The notes under the pieces are model-generated. The model was not told the origin of the DNA. It saw only the letters and a program-made list of their open reading frames with translations, and did not search any database. Positions 55,149-63,569 of a stretch of 64,000 nt of DNA are shown in pieces (the first letter of the stretch is position 1; every line of letters starts with the position of its first letter). A program made the translations under genes and the position numbers. Where the stretch lies: sequence record MN894885.1; one strand, given 5' to 3'. Source of the stretch: Escherichia phage Ec_Makalu_001.

Positions 55149-58091
55149 ATGGCAGATTTAAGCAGAATCCAATTTAAACGTACTAGCACTAAAGGCCGTC
55201 GACCTGATGCTGGTACGATGAATCCGGGGGAATTGGCAATCAACCTTGCGGATCAATATCTTCTTACTAAAAATGATTCCGGCGCTATTATCAATTTAAG
55301 TTGTCCTCCGGTTTATGACCGTGATGTTACAATGGCGGGTAAGGTTAAAGGAAATAATTATATTTTAAGTAAAACCGCCAATTATCTGGAAGACCAGACA
55401 GCGAGAGATCTTAACTACTTTGGTGCTTTCCGTACCAATAGTCTAGATGGACTCATGGATCTAACCCTTAACGTTCCTCACTCTTCCGGTAAAGCGCATG
55501 GTCGAGGATTTACTTTCCGTTATGGGACTGGCGGATCTCGTGTTGAAACCTATGGTTTTGATGTTCAGGGACAAAAAGCATTTAGTTATAAAATGTATCA
55601 TGAAGGGGATAAACCGACTCCCTCAGAATTGAACGTTTATAGCAAACAAGAAGTTGACCGTATGTTTGTTAAAACCGTTAAACTTGCTACAGTTCCTGTT
55701 GATATCGTTGACGGTTATTTTAAATTAGCAACTGCATTGATTCCGCAAAACGGTCGTAGTGTATTTTTCCGTATTCATGGTGGTAACGGATATAACGTTA
55801 CTGCATACGATCAAGTTGATATTGTAGAAATTGTTATTCGCAGTGGAAATAATCGTCCTAAAGGTGTTAACGTTATTGCATACCGCCGAAATACAAACAA
55901 AGCATTTGATGTTTTGGCTGTTAATACTTCTGGTGATAACTATGATATCTACGTGAAATATCAGCGTTACACTGATAACGTTATTGTTGAATTTGGTAAA
56001 AGTGTTGATGTTGATCTGGTGGTTCATGACGTTCCAGACTTTGTTGTTGATCGTCCTGTTGGTGATAATGTTATTGGCGGTCGCGCGGTAACTCTTTTTA
56101 ACACCGAAAACAAACGAGGTGTGTTGAGTTTTGACGATAACACACAAAATAGTTATGATATTGTTCACTTGAGTAATGATAAAGGTACTGGAAGGAAATA
56201 TATTCGTAAATTCCGTAGTAACTATAATGAAATGATCTGGCATGAGACGGTTCAAGGTTCCAGTTATCGACTCGCCACGGGTAGTACAGATGCTCAGGAA
56301 ATTATAACTATTGAATCTAGTAGCTCAATTGCTGGAACTCATAAAGGTAATATTATTTCTGGTCGTATGCTGTTAAATGGCGGATCTAATGCCATTACAC
56401 TACGCCGACCTGCTGGTCAGTCTAATCATATCGCTTTTCAGGATAACCGCACCGGAGATATTACTCGTCAAGGATGGATCGGTTATGCAAACGCTGATAC
56501 TAACGTTTTTGAATGGTATAGTGATGTAGGCGGTAGTTCTATTCGTCAACATATTGACGGCCAGATAGAACTTCAAACTGGCAATATGAAGCGAGTTTAT
56601 ACTAACGCTCAATTCATCTCAATGAATAGCGACGCCTACCGTATGCTCTATGGTAATTATGGTGCATTCTGGCGTAATGACGGCGTTAAAGTTTATCTTC
56701 TTTCTACTGCCGAAAATGATAAATTGGGCGGATGGAATACTTATCGTCCATTCATTTATGATTTAACTTCCGGTAACGTTCAATTAGGTGGTGATGGTAA
56801 CGAAGATGCATTAACTTTAGAATGTGCTTCTCGTGCCGCTCGCTTTAGTAATGACGTTTACATTAAGAAAGGGCTTTTGACTTTCGACGCTGGGCGCGCT
56901 GGGTCTCGCGATTATATTCGATTTAATCATTGGGGTGATAGCAATAATGCTCGTGATAACGTTTTGTACATAGAAGATAGTCAAGGCCGACATTTTAGCA
57001 CAGAACGTGCGATGGGTACTGGTGCTCTTAAAGCATACTTCTTAGGCGATCTTGAAGTCGGTGGTAAGTTTACTTGGGGTAAAAATACAGCTACATCTAG
57101 CTTTAATATTCGTGCATGGGGTAGTGATTCTCGTAAGCAAGTATTAGAATGCGCGGATGAAAGTGGTTGGCATTGGTATACCCAGCGACCGGGCGGTCCG
57201 GGTACTTCGGCAATTGAGTTTGCCATCAACGGTACTGTTAAGCCTCAAGCAATTCATACTGGCGGCAATATTCTTTTGAACGGTGCCGATATTGAATTTC
57301 GTCGCACCGGTAATAAGCATTTGTGGTTTAGAGATCCAGACGGTTTAGAGTTAGGCTTGATGTACTGCGATGATGCTGGTGCTATTCGCTTCCGTGGTCA
57401 GAAACAAGCCCAGACGTGGAAATTTGCAGATAAAATGATCCAGTTGGAATCTGGTACTGTATCTGGTGGCGGTAATGGCCTGATTCGTGGTGAAGTTGCT
57501 GGCGGTAGTTGGGCTAGCTGGCGTGACCGTCCTGCTGGTCTTATGGTTGGGTGTCCTCAATCCGTTGACTCGGCACATAACGTATGGAAAGCGACGCATT
57601 GGGGTAAATATCATATCGCAGCAATGGGTGTACATGTTCCTAGTGGTACTATTACCAATGCTTTAGCTCGCCTAAACGTTCATGACGCCAACTTTGACTT
57701 TAGCGCCTCCGGTGACCTGTCGGTAGGTCGTAATGGTTCGTTTAACGATGTTTATATTCGTTCTGATGCTCGCCTTAAAATCAACAAAGAAGAGTATAAA
57801 GAGAATGCCACCGATAAAGTTAATCGCTTGACGGTATACACCTATGACAAGGTTAAATCTTTAACCGACCGTACTGTCATTGCTCATGAAGTTGGTATTA
57901 TTGCTCAGGAACTTGAAAAAGAATTGCCGGAAGCAGTAACAACTTCTAAGGTCGGCGATCCTGATAAGCCAGAAGAGATCTTAACAATTTCTAACTCTGC
58001 TGTCAACGCTCTTTTAATTAAGGCGTTTCAGGAAATGAGCGAAGAATTGAAAGCCGTTAAAGCTGAACTAGCGGAACTTAAAAAGAATTAA
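55149..58091 (+). CDS. 37: Long tail fibre distal subunit gp37 with C-terminal intramolecular-chaperone-like module
   Basis: 980 aa; N-terminus IQFKRTxxxGxRPxAxxxxxGELAINLxD...DSGxII(N/D)L matches T4 gp37; C-terminal ~110 aa begins at RS-DARLK and is coiled-coil-rich, resembling self-cleaving tail-fibre chaperone domains. Confidence 0.8.
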   Translation: MADLSRIQFKRTSTKGRRPDAGTMNPGELAINLADQYLLTKNDSGAIINLSCPPVYDRDVTMAGKVKGNNYILSKTANYLEDQTARDLNYFGAFRTNSLDGLMDLTLNVPHSSGKAHGRGFTFRYGTGGSRVETYGFDVQGQKAFSYKMYHEGDKPTPSELNVYSKQEVDRMFVKTVKLATVPVDIVDGYFKLATALIPQNGRSVFFRIHGGNGYNVTAYDQVDIVEIVIRSGNNRPKGVNVIAYRRNTNKAFDVLAVNTSGDNYDIYVKYQRYTDNVIVEFGKSVDVDLVVHDVPDFVVDRPVGDNVIGGRAVTLFNTENKRGVLSFDDNTQNSYDIVHLSNDKGTGRKYIRKFRSNYNEMIWHETVQGSSYRLATGSTDAQEIITIESSSSIAGTHKGNIISGRMLLNGGSNAITLRRPAGQSNHIAFQDNRTGDITRQGWIGYANADTNVFEWYSDVGGSSIRQHIDGQIELQTGNMKRVYTNAQFISMNSDAYRMLYGNYGAFWRNDGVKVYLLSTAENDKLGGWNTYRPFIYDLTSGNVQLGGDGNEDALTLECASRAARFSNDVYIKKGLLTFDAGRAGSRDYIRFNHWGDSNNARDNVLYIEDSQGRHFSTERAMGTGALKAYFLGDLEVGGKFTWGKNTATSSFNIRAWGSDSRKQVLECADESGWHWYTQRPGGPGTSAIEFAINGTVKPQAIHTGGNILLNGADIEFRRTGNKHLWFRDPDGLELGLMYCDDAGAIRFRGQKQAQTWKFADKMIQLESGTVSGGGNGLIRGEVAGGSWASWRDRPAGLMVGCPQSVDSAHNVWKATHWGKYHIAAMGVHVPSGTITNALARLNVHDANFDFSASGDLSVGRNGSFNDVYIRSDARLKINKEEYKENATDKVNRLTVYTYDKVKSLTDRTVIAHEVGIIAQELEKELPEAVTTSKVGDPDKPEEILTISNSAVNALLIKAFQEMSEELKAVKAELAELKKN

Positions 58092-58131
58092 GGAAACTCC
58101 CAGGGAAGGGAACTACTAAGGAGAAACGGCT

Positions 58132-58371
58132 ATGGTCTATAATATCGTCATTGGTGCTTTGTCTAATTTCGGAATGAAATTATTGTCAAAGTTAATTAGT
58201 GAAAAGATGCTCACTAAAATTTTCTTCTATTGCGCTCGTCGTCTTGCGGCTTATACCAATACGCCAATTGATGATCGTTTTGTGGAAGAACTTTATAAGG
58301 AGTTTAATAAAGATCAGTCGGAAGATAGTAACGAGCAAGATAAACCTAGTGATAGTCAACTACCTAAATAA
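58132..58371 (+). CDS. Hypothetical small protein (79 aa) between gene 37 and t
   Basis: ORF with AAGGAG RBS; hydrophobic N-terminus, acidic C-terminus; too short to be a gp38 adhesin. Confidence 0.4.
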   Translation: MVYNIVIGALSNFGMKLLSKLISEKMLTKIFFYCARRLAAYTNTPIDDRFVEELYKEFNKDQSEDSNEQDKPSDSQLPK

Positions 58372-58404
58372 GAGTACACTGTCATAGTTATCTTAGGGCA
58401 TTAT

Positions 58405-59061
58405 ATGCAAGTTTCTGAAAAAGGGAAAGACTTTGCTATCTCAAATGTCCTGCGCGCTATTTTCACAACTAAAAGCACGGAGTTGCTCGTACTTCGTGTT
58501 TTTGCTGCCGTCGTGTTGTCCATATTAGCATTTGTCGTTTATAGTAAAAACGAGTTATTCGCGCTTTATAAAGAGACTCGTTATGAGACTTATGCTCACA
58601 TTCTCCAGGTAGAGAAAGACCGCAATTTTGATAATGCAGCACAGGAGCAGTTACAGATAGTTCATGTATCGGCTGATGCCGATTTTTCTGCTGTTTTTAG
58701 TTTTCGTCCGAAAAACCTAAACTATTTTGTTGATTTGGTGGCATATGAAGGAAAGCTACCGCATACAATCGATGAAAAAAATTTAGGCGGATTCCCTATC
58801 AATAAAACGAGTGAAGAATATCGTAGGCATCTTTTAGGTAAATCCTATTTTACCGATAAAGATTTCCAGTATATTCCATCGAGGGAGAAAAAATTAGAGA
58901 ATATTGATATAGGGTTTATGTATTCTTGTCCTATATTCAATCTCGATAATGTCTATTCTGGTAGTATTGCCATTTCATGGAAGAATAAACCAGATATTGA
59001 TATCGAGAATTTAGATACTCTTTGTAATCAATCTGCCAGAATCCTCGGAAGGATTAGATAA
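58405..59061 (+). CDS. t: Holin
   Basis: 218 aa (same as T4 T); single TM; YKxxxYETYxxIxxxExxxxFxxxAxEQLQIVHxSxxADFSAVxSFRPKNLNYFVDxxAYEGKLP and C-terminal ARILGR as T4 holin T. Confidence 0.9.
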   Translation: MQVSEKGKDFAISNVLRAIFTTKSTELLVLRVFAAVVLSILAFVVYSKNELFALYKETRYETYAHILQVEKDRNFDNAAQEQLQIVHVSADADFSAVFSFRPKNLNYFVDLVAYEGKLPHTIDEKNLGGFPINKTSEEYRRHLLGKSYFTDKDFQYIPSREKKLENIDIGFMYSCPIFNLDNVYSGSIAISWKNKPDIDIENLDTLCNQSARILGRIR

Positions 59062-59065
59062 CTTA

Positions 59066-59099
59066 AAGGGGAAGCCTTTCGGCCTCCCCTTCTTTTTTA
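59066..59099 (+). terminator. Rho-independent terminator after t
   Basis: Hairpin aggggaagcc-tttc-ggcctcccct followed by TTCTTTTTT. Confidence 0.6.
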
Positions 59100-59345
59100 T
59101 TGGCGCATAGAATCCCCTGAATCACATTTTGACGCTGTATGATGAAAACAGGTAGCGTACCAGTCATCGGCTTGTTTGTCTTCGTCAGAAAACGCGTAAT
59201 TTCGTTGTATGCCGTTTTCTACTTTGACCAGTGCAATAGCTGTTTCTGGAAGATCGATCAATCGGACAAAATCACCATCTTCCCACTCTACACGAGCAAT
59301 ATCATAGCCCATCTCAAAGTATACAATCGCTTGTTCTAGTTTCAT
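59097..59345 (-). CDS. Hypothetical protein (82 aa)
   Basis: ORF in the minus-strand early cluster. Confidence 0.4.
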   Translation of the reverse strand: MKLEQAIVYFEMGYDIARVEWEDGDFVRLIDLPETAIALVKVENGIQRNYAFSDEDKQADDWYATCFHHTASKCDSGDSMRQ

Positions 59346-59674
59346 TTTGGAAACTTCCCGTAAATGTTTTCTGCCAGCTTACGTGCATCGATGATAATGT
59401 CATTCATGCTATGCCCGTAGTGTTCAGCCATTGACATAATACAATCAACAAAGAAATTATATCGGCAACGATTCAAGATTTGCTCTTTGCTGTAAACTTC
59501 ATACTTGACGGTCGCGTGTACTTTCTCGATTGCCTTAATCGCTGTATTGACTTCACTGATAATGGTTTTCGCATTGTATGCACCACGACGGATCAGGATT
59601 TGAGTCAATTCTCTTGCAATATCTTGCATTTCTTCATATTCATGTTCAAGCATAATTAACCTCTCAAAATACAA
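59342..59674 (-). CDS. Hypothetical protein (110 aa)
   Basis: ORF coupled to neighbours. Confidence 0.4.
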   Translation of the reverse strand: MYFERLIMLEHEYEEMQDIARELTQILIRRGAYNAKTIISEVNTAIKAIEKVHATVKYEVYSKEQILNRCRYNFFVDCIMSMAEHYGHSMNDIIIDARKLAENIYGKFPK

Positions 59675-59677
59675 TAA

Positions 59678-60010
59678 TTACAGATGAAACCCTGTTACGA
59701 TCACCGCGTCGATCATACCGCTAGGGATAAACGGTTCACCCTCTTTTATCTCAACTTTGAATTGATGCCATTTCGCTAATACTTCTTCCGGTACACCCAG
59801 CGATTCGGCATCTGCTTTAGTTTCATCCATAATCCAGCTAGGCTGCATGAGAGCATAGTTTACATAGTCCATTTCTGGGGTCATGTCATCAATGTTAATA
59901 TATTTGCAGTTGACGCGTTTCAGAATTTCAAATTCTTTTTCATCAACCTGTATCATGTATAATTCAGTAGTTTCTGGAATCAGTTCCCACACAATCAGTA
60001 CATTTTTCAT
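59678..60010 (-). CDS. Hypothetical protein (110 aa), possible distant family A relative
   Basis: LYMIQVDEKEFEIL...KWHQF...IDAVIVTG loosely echoes the family A pattern. Confidence 0.35.
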   Translation of the reverse strand: MKNVLIVWELIPETTELYMIQVDEKEFEILKRVNCKYINIDDMTPEMDYVNYALMQPSWIMDETKADAESLGVPEEVLAKWHQFKVEIKEGEPFIPSGMIDAVIVTGFHL

Positions 60011-60018
60011 AGTTCACC

Positions 60019-60387
60019 TCACTTAACAAAGATTTTCTTTAATGCTTTCAGGATCGTTGCTTCCGGCGCTTCTTCCGGTGGAGGAAGCAATTCTACCACT
60101 TCCTCTTCCAACTCGATATAGTCTACCAGATATTCTACATAGAATGCAAGTGCTTCCATGAAATTAGATGCTACATCCGATTCACCACAAGCGCCTACAT
60201 GCATTGTATAAACGTCACTGCGATCAAGTTTGTGGATGCTTCCCAGATAGTTCCGGTTATACCAGACTTCCCACACTTTCAGTTTTCCGGTTTTGGTTGC
60301 TGTCTTATAATCTGTTTCGTAGTGGTGCAGTTGACGTTGCAGATCATTGATAATAACACATTTTTCGTAATTGTTTTGAATTTCCAT
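60019..60387 (-). CDS. Hypothetical protein (122 aa)
   Basis: ORF with RBS. Confidence 0.4.
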   Translation of the reverse strand: MEIQNNYEKCVIINDLQRQLHHYETDYKTATKTGKLKVWEVWYNRNYLGSIHKLDRSDVYTMHVGACGESDVASNFMEALAFYVEYLVDYIELEEEVVELLPPPEEAPEATILKALKKIFVK

Positions 60388-60397
60388 GATGTAATCC

Positions 60398-60589
60398 TCA
60401 CTTATCGTTAAGAAGTTCTAAAACTTTCTGTCGTACTTTGTCAATATTAGTTGACTCAAATACTGTACGGTATCCACAACTTTGACCGTATGATCGAGAG
60501 CAATCCCCGTATCCCCATTGTTCAACCTGATAGTATTCAAGGAATGGGTGTTGCCGAACTATGATACCATCGCGATTAAAAATTACCAT
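60398..60589 (-). CDS. Hypothetical small protein (63 aa)
   Basis: ORF with GAGGA RBS. Confidence 0.35.
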   Translation of the reverse strand: MVIFNRDGIIVRQHPFLEYYQVEQWGYGDCSRSYGQSCGYRTVFESTNIDKVRQKVLELLNDK

Positions 60590-60612
60590 AATATAATCCT
60601 CACGTCAACAAA

Positions 60613-60891
60613 CTATTTTCGGTTATACTTCTGCCACTTTCGGTAATACTGCTTGTAATGTTGTTTAATGTTTGGCGGTTCGTCACTATACATGTTATCA
60701 ACCATCATGTCAATAAGACCCTCCGGTGTTTGATAGCTCCCCGCTCGAATAAGTTCCTTAATTAAAAGATCTTGCGTCGCTTTATACTCTACAATAACAA
60801 CTGTCTTTTCTGCCTTTCCAATTCCGATCCGGTCGTTAGCTCTCATAGCATCCCACCAGTCTTTTTTAAACTTCATGTTATTGAATTGCAT
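60613..60891 (-). CDS. Hypothetical protein (92 aa)
   Basis: ORF with RBS. Confidence 0.4.
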   Translation of the reverse strand: MQFNNMKFKKDWWDAMRANDRIGIGKAEKTVVIVEYKATQDLLIKELIRAGSYQTPEGLIDMMVDNMYSDEPPNIKQHYKQYYRKWQKYNRK

Positions 60892-60902
60892 AATTTAACC
60901 TC

Positions 60903-61661
60903 TTACTTGCAAACGTATTGATCTACATCAATTGCGCCACCGAATGTAGGATGACGTTTTTCAAATCGAATCGTTCCGTCGTTTGGTTCGAAAACGGAGT
61001 ATTCATATAGATCTTTCTTGCCAACATTCTTATAAAACCCGCCTTTAGTCATAACGGTTTCTTGTACGTTTGCTTTGTGTACATTGTATTCATCAATGTA
61101 CACAAAATCAACCATCTTCCCATTTTTAATAGTTACTTTAAGATCCCCTGGCTGGTTTCCATATTTTGCATACAGTGGAGATTCTTTAATTTTGGTGGAA
61201 ATTCCATCTTTCATACTCCACTCATAACGAACGGTGCATTGATAGGTAAAAGTTTCGACCTTCGGTTCTTCCACCACTTTTTCTTCCTGTTTCGGTTGTT
61301 CTTCTTCAATCTTCGCAGAAGTCTCTGAATCGCTTTCTGACGCGGTTTCTTCTTTAGGTAATACATTCATTAAGTTTTGGATTTGAGCGTTATATACAGC
61401 CTCCAGTGGCTGAATCTGCCCGATATTGATCATTGTATCACGAACAGTTTTATTCCAGTTGCGTTGCTCTTGTTTCAGAGACGGATCAATCTTAACAGCC
61501 TTAACATATACTTCATGAAGTTTAGAATCAAGTGCGGAGATTGACTCGTTAGCACAAATAAACTTCTCTGATTTGGTAGTAGCCTTAGTGCAATCAAAGG
61601 ACGCAGCATTAGCACCGATGGCAGTAGCAGAAAGAAAGATAGCAGCGATAATGTTTTTCAT
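60903..61661 (-). CDS. Secreted protein with LprI/DUF1311-like N-terminal domain
   Basis: 252 aa; signal peptide (MKNIIAAIFLSATAIGANA-AS); motif FDCTKATTKSEKFICANESISALDSKLHEVY matches the Cys-x-Cys-containing DUF1311 pattern; acidic linker and beta-rich C-terminal domain with a second Cys pair. Confidence 0.5.
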   Translation of the reverse strand: MKNIIAAIFLSATAIGANAASFDCTKATTKSEKFICANESISALDSKLHEVYVKAVKIDPSLKQEQRNWNKTVRDTMINIGQIQPLEAVYNAQIQNLMNVLPKEETASESDSETSAKIEEEQPKQEEKVVEEPKVETFTYQCTVRYEWSMKDGISTKIKESPLYAKYGNQPGDLKVTIKNGKMVDFVYIDEYNVHKANVQETVMTKGGFYKNVGKKDLYEYSVFEPNDGTIRFEKRHPTFGGAIDVDQYVCK

Positions 61662-61731
61662 AATATATTCCTCAATGTCTTGTCTTGATGGGAGTATCTT
61701 ACTACTCCCTTAATCCGGTGTCAACTACTTT

Positions 61732-61887
61732 TTAAATTTCTTCTACAGTAAAGTCTTCAATGTTGTTGTGCTCGGAGAACGTTGCCAGACCAGCATTCCA
61801 TGCATCATCCTCAGAGAAGAATACACCGTAACGTTCATATCCTTTAGCGCCTTCAAATTTAATCATTAATTTGTGAGTATGTTTCAT
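61732..61887 (-). CDS. Small protein (51 aa), not in supplied ORF track
   Basis: Own translation MKHTHKLMIKFEGAKGYERYGVFFSEDDAWNAG...; GGAGAATCAAA leader and cassette promoter upstream. Confidence 0.35.
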   Translation of the reverse strand: MKHTHKLMIKFEGAKGYERYGVFFSEDDAWNAGLATFSEHNNIEDFTVEEI

Positions 61888-61919
61888 TTTGATTCTCCAT
61901 CGTTGTCTTGATGAGTTTA

Positions 61920-61948
61920 GTATAGGGGATCACCGATCCCCTGTCAAC
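61920..61948 (-). promoter_or_regulatory. Sigma70-like early promoter with palindromic GATC-containing spacer
   Basis: Minus strand: TTGACA, spacer GGGGATCGGTGATCCCC, TATACT. Confidence 0.5.
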
Positions 61949-61956
61949 AACTATTT

Positions 61957-62169
61957 TTAATTTTTACCCACGCGTAAATTAATGCGCATTTTCTGCATAG
62001 CCATGATCTGGTTTACTGCTTCTTCTTTACGCTCTTTCGTGATAATGTGACCAGATTCCGCAAACGCTTCCGCAACTTCTTCTACGATCTCGCGAACTTG
62101 AGAACGTCCAAAGATGCGATTTCCTTCGTAGCTCATAAACTCTGTTACTACTTGCTCAATAGATTTCAT
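61957..62169 (-). CDS. Hypothetical small protein (70 aa)
   Basis: ORF with cassette leader. Confidence 0.4.
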   Translation of the reverse strand: MKSIEQVVTEFMSYEGNRIFGRSQVREIVEEVAEAFAESGHIITKERKEEAVNQIMAMQKMRINLRVGKN

Positions 62170-62234
62170 GTGATTCTCCTTTCGTTTGGTATGGGAGTAT
62201 CTTACTACTCCCTTTTCTTTACGTCAACTGGTTT

Positions 62235-62477
62235 TTAGAAATTTTTCGCTTCTTCTTCGGTCATCATAACCGAGCATTCGTGCATAACTTTGAAAACCGG
62301 GTCAATCATGTCGAATGCTTCGCGGGACAGTTTACGAGAAGCGATTTTGATTGCTTCTACGTCTTCTACTACAGGAACAAAAACAGTTTTCAGTTCATCG
62401 AGCACAGCAGCTTCTTTTTCATTCAGGAAGATCCCAGCGTCGTACAGTGCAACTTCGATAACATTAACTTTAACCAT
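62235..62477 (-). CDS. Hypothetical protein (about 80 aa)
   Basis: Track ORF trimmed to the ATG at 62477, which follows the GGAGG RBS and cassette. Confidence 0.4.
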   Translation of the reverse strand: MVKVNVIEVALYDAGIFLNEKEAAVLDELKTVFVPVVEDVEAIKIASRKLSREAFDMIDPVFKVMHECSVMMTEEEAKNF

Positions 62478-62540
62478 TTTTATTTCCTCCAGTTCGTTTC
62501 GGTATGGGAGTATAATACTACCGATGACCTTTGGCGTCAA

Positions 62541-62741
62541 CTAGTTTTTATTATTTTCGTGAAAATTTTTCGTCGCCTCATGTGCTTTTCGCTGGGCTTC
62601 TTGTTGTGCTTGCTGGCGTGCTGCCTCTTGTGAAGCCATAACGGAAGCATTTGCAGCAGTTACAGCCGCTACCATCGCTGCGGTATTAGCATTTACAGTA
62701 CATGCACTAGCCAGCAAAGCAATTGCAATCATTTTCTTCAT
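62541..62741 (-). CDS. Small secreted/lipoprotein-like protein (66 aa)
   Basis: Signal peptide MKKMIAIALLASAC with lipobox-like ASAC; Ala/Gln-rich mature part. Confidence 0.4.
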   Translation of the reverse strand: MKKMIAIALLASACTVNANTAAMVAAVTAANASVMASQEAARQQAQQEAQRKAHEATKNFHENNKN

Positions 62742-62923
62742 AGTTTCCCCTTTAGGTTATCTTCGACCTTCATCCATTCCGAGTATTCTTGCGCAGCTAC
62801 TTTCGGATTTAGTCCGTCTTCGTACATTGCATCGAGTAATTCTTCGTCGGTGGGCTTATACCCTAGATAAGCCTCCACCTGATTTTTCCAAATTTTATAC
62901 CAGTTCATATTATCACCAATCAA
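62738..62923 (-). CDS. Hypothetical small protein (61 aa)
   Basis: ORF coupled by ATGA overlap. Confidence 0.35.
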   Translation of the reverse strand: MIGDNMNWYKIWKNQVEAYLGYKPTDEELLDAMYEDGLNPKVAAQEYSEWMKVEDNLKGKL

Positions 62924-63188
62924 GAGCGCGTGTCTCTGCGTCTTCCCATGCTTGATCCATTACAGCCTTAAAAACATACTCTAAGGTATCATCTTTAGAG
63001 AATCCGAAGACTTTAGACGGAATATCTTCGATTGCCACTCCCGCAACTTCTGCATTACGCGCTTGGCAATAATGCAACTCTAAGTTATCGAGATAGCGAC
63101 CGCCTAATTTCTCCATATCGTCCCAGCATTTCCAATAACCGACTTTATCGGCAATTGCTAACACTTTGCTGTTTTTGTTGCTCATCTT
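62913..63188 (-). CDS. Hypothetical protein (about 91 aa)
   Basis: Track ORF trimmed to the ATG at 63188, which follows the GGAGAATCAAAG leader. Confidence 0.4.
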   Translation of the reverse strand, partial: KMSNKNSKVLAIADKVGYWKCWDDMEKLGGRYLDNLELHYCQARNAEVAGVAIEDIPSKVFGFSKDDTLEYVFKAVMDQAWEDAETRALDW

Positions 63189-63251
63189 TGATTCTCCTTT
63201 TGTTTGGTGTGGGAGTATTTTACTACTCCCTTGTTCTGGTGTCAATAGACT

Positions 63252-63458
63252 TTATTTGATTATTTCAAATTTTGCTACCGGGTCGCCGTTTCTTTTGTTG
63301 GCAGTAAGTTGTTGCTTGTCAAAGTAAAACCAAATATAGTCACCATGAACTACATCAAATGTATTTCCGCTATTGTCCGTGAATACATCAACATCATAAT
63401 CACACCCGACACTAAAGCTATAATTGATGTGGTCGGTTTCAATGCAACGTACTTTCAT
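63252..63458 (-). CDS. Paralogue family D member (68 aa)
   Basis: MKVRCIETDHINYSFSVGCDYD...YIWFYFDK...VAKFEIIK; start at the ATG after promoter and RBS. Confidence 0.45.
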   Translation of the reverse strand: MKVRCIETDHINYSFSVGCDYDVDVFTDNSGNTFDVVHGDYIWFYFDKQQLTANKRNGDPVAKFEIIK

Positions 63459-63491
63459 TTTTTGATTCTCCTGTTGTTTCAGTTTGGGTGT

Positions 63492-63520
63492 ATTATGCAA
63501 TGTTTGATTATGGGAGTCAA
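63492..63520 (-). promoter_or_regulatory. Sigma70-like early promoter (cassette)
   Basis: Minus strand: TTGACT, 17 bp, CATAAT. Confidence 0.5.
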
Positions 63521-63533
63521 CAACTTTTCAAAT

Positions 63534-63560
63534 AAAAAAGCCGACCACAAGGATCGGCTT
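63534..63560 (-). terminator. Putative terminator (minus strand)
   Basis: Hairpin agccgatcc-ttgt-ggtcggct followed by U-run on the minus strand. Confidence 0.4.
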
Positions 63561-63569
63561 AATAATCAA

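Noticed and set aside
55725-56255. Minus-strand ORF (176 aa, Asn/Ile-rich) inside gene 37
   Set aside because: Shadow ORF produced by AT-rich codon usage of the tail fibre gene; low-complexity sequence.
58092-58404. gp38 tail fibre assembly/adhesin gene expected between 37 and t
   Set aside because: Only a 79-aa ORF is present; no glycine-rich or gp38-like sequence; absence is reported as a finding.
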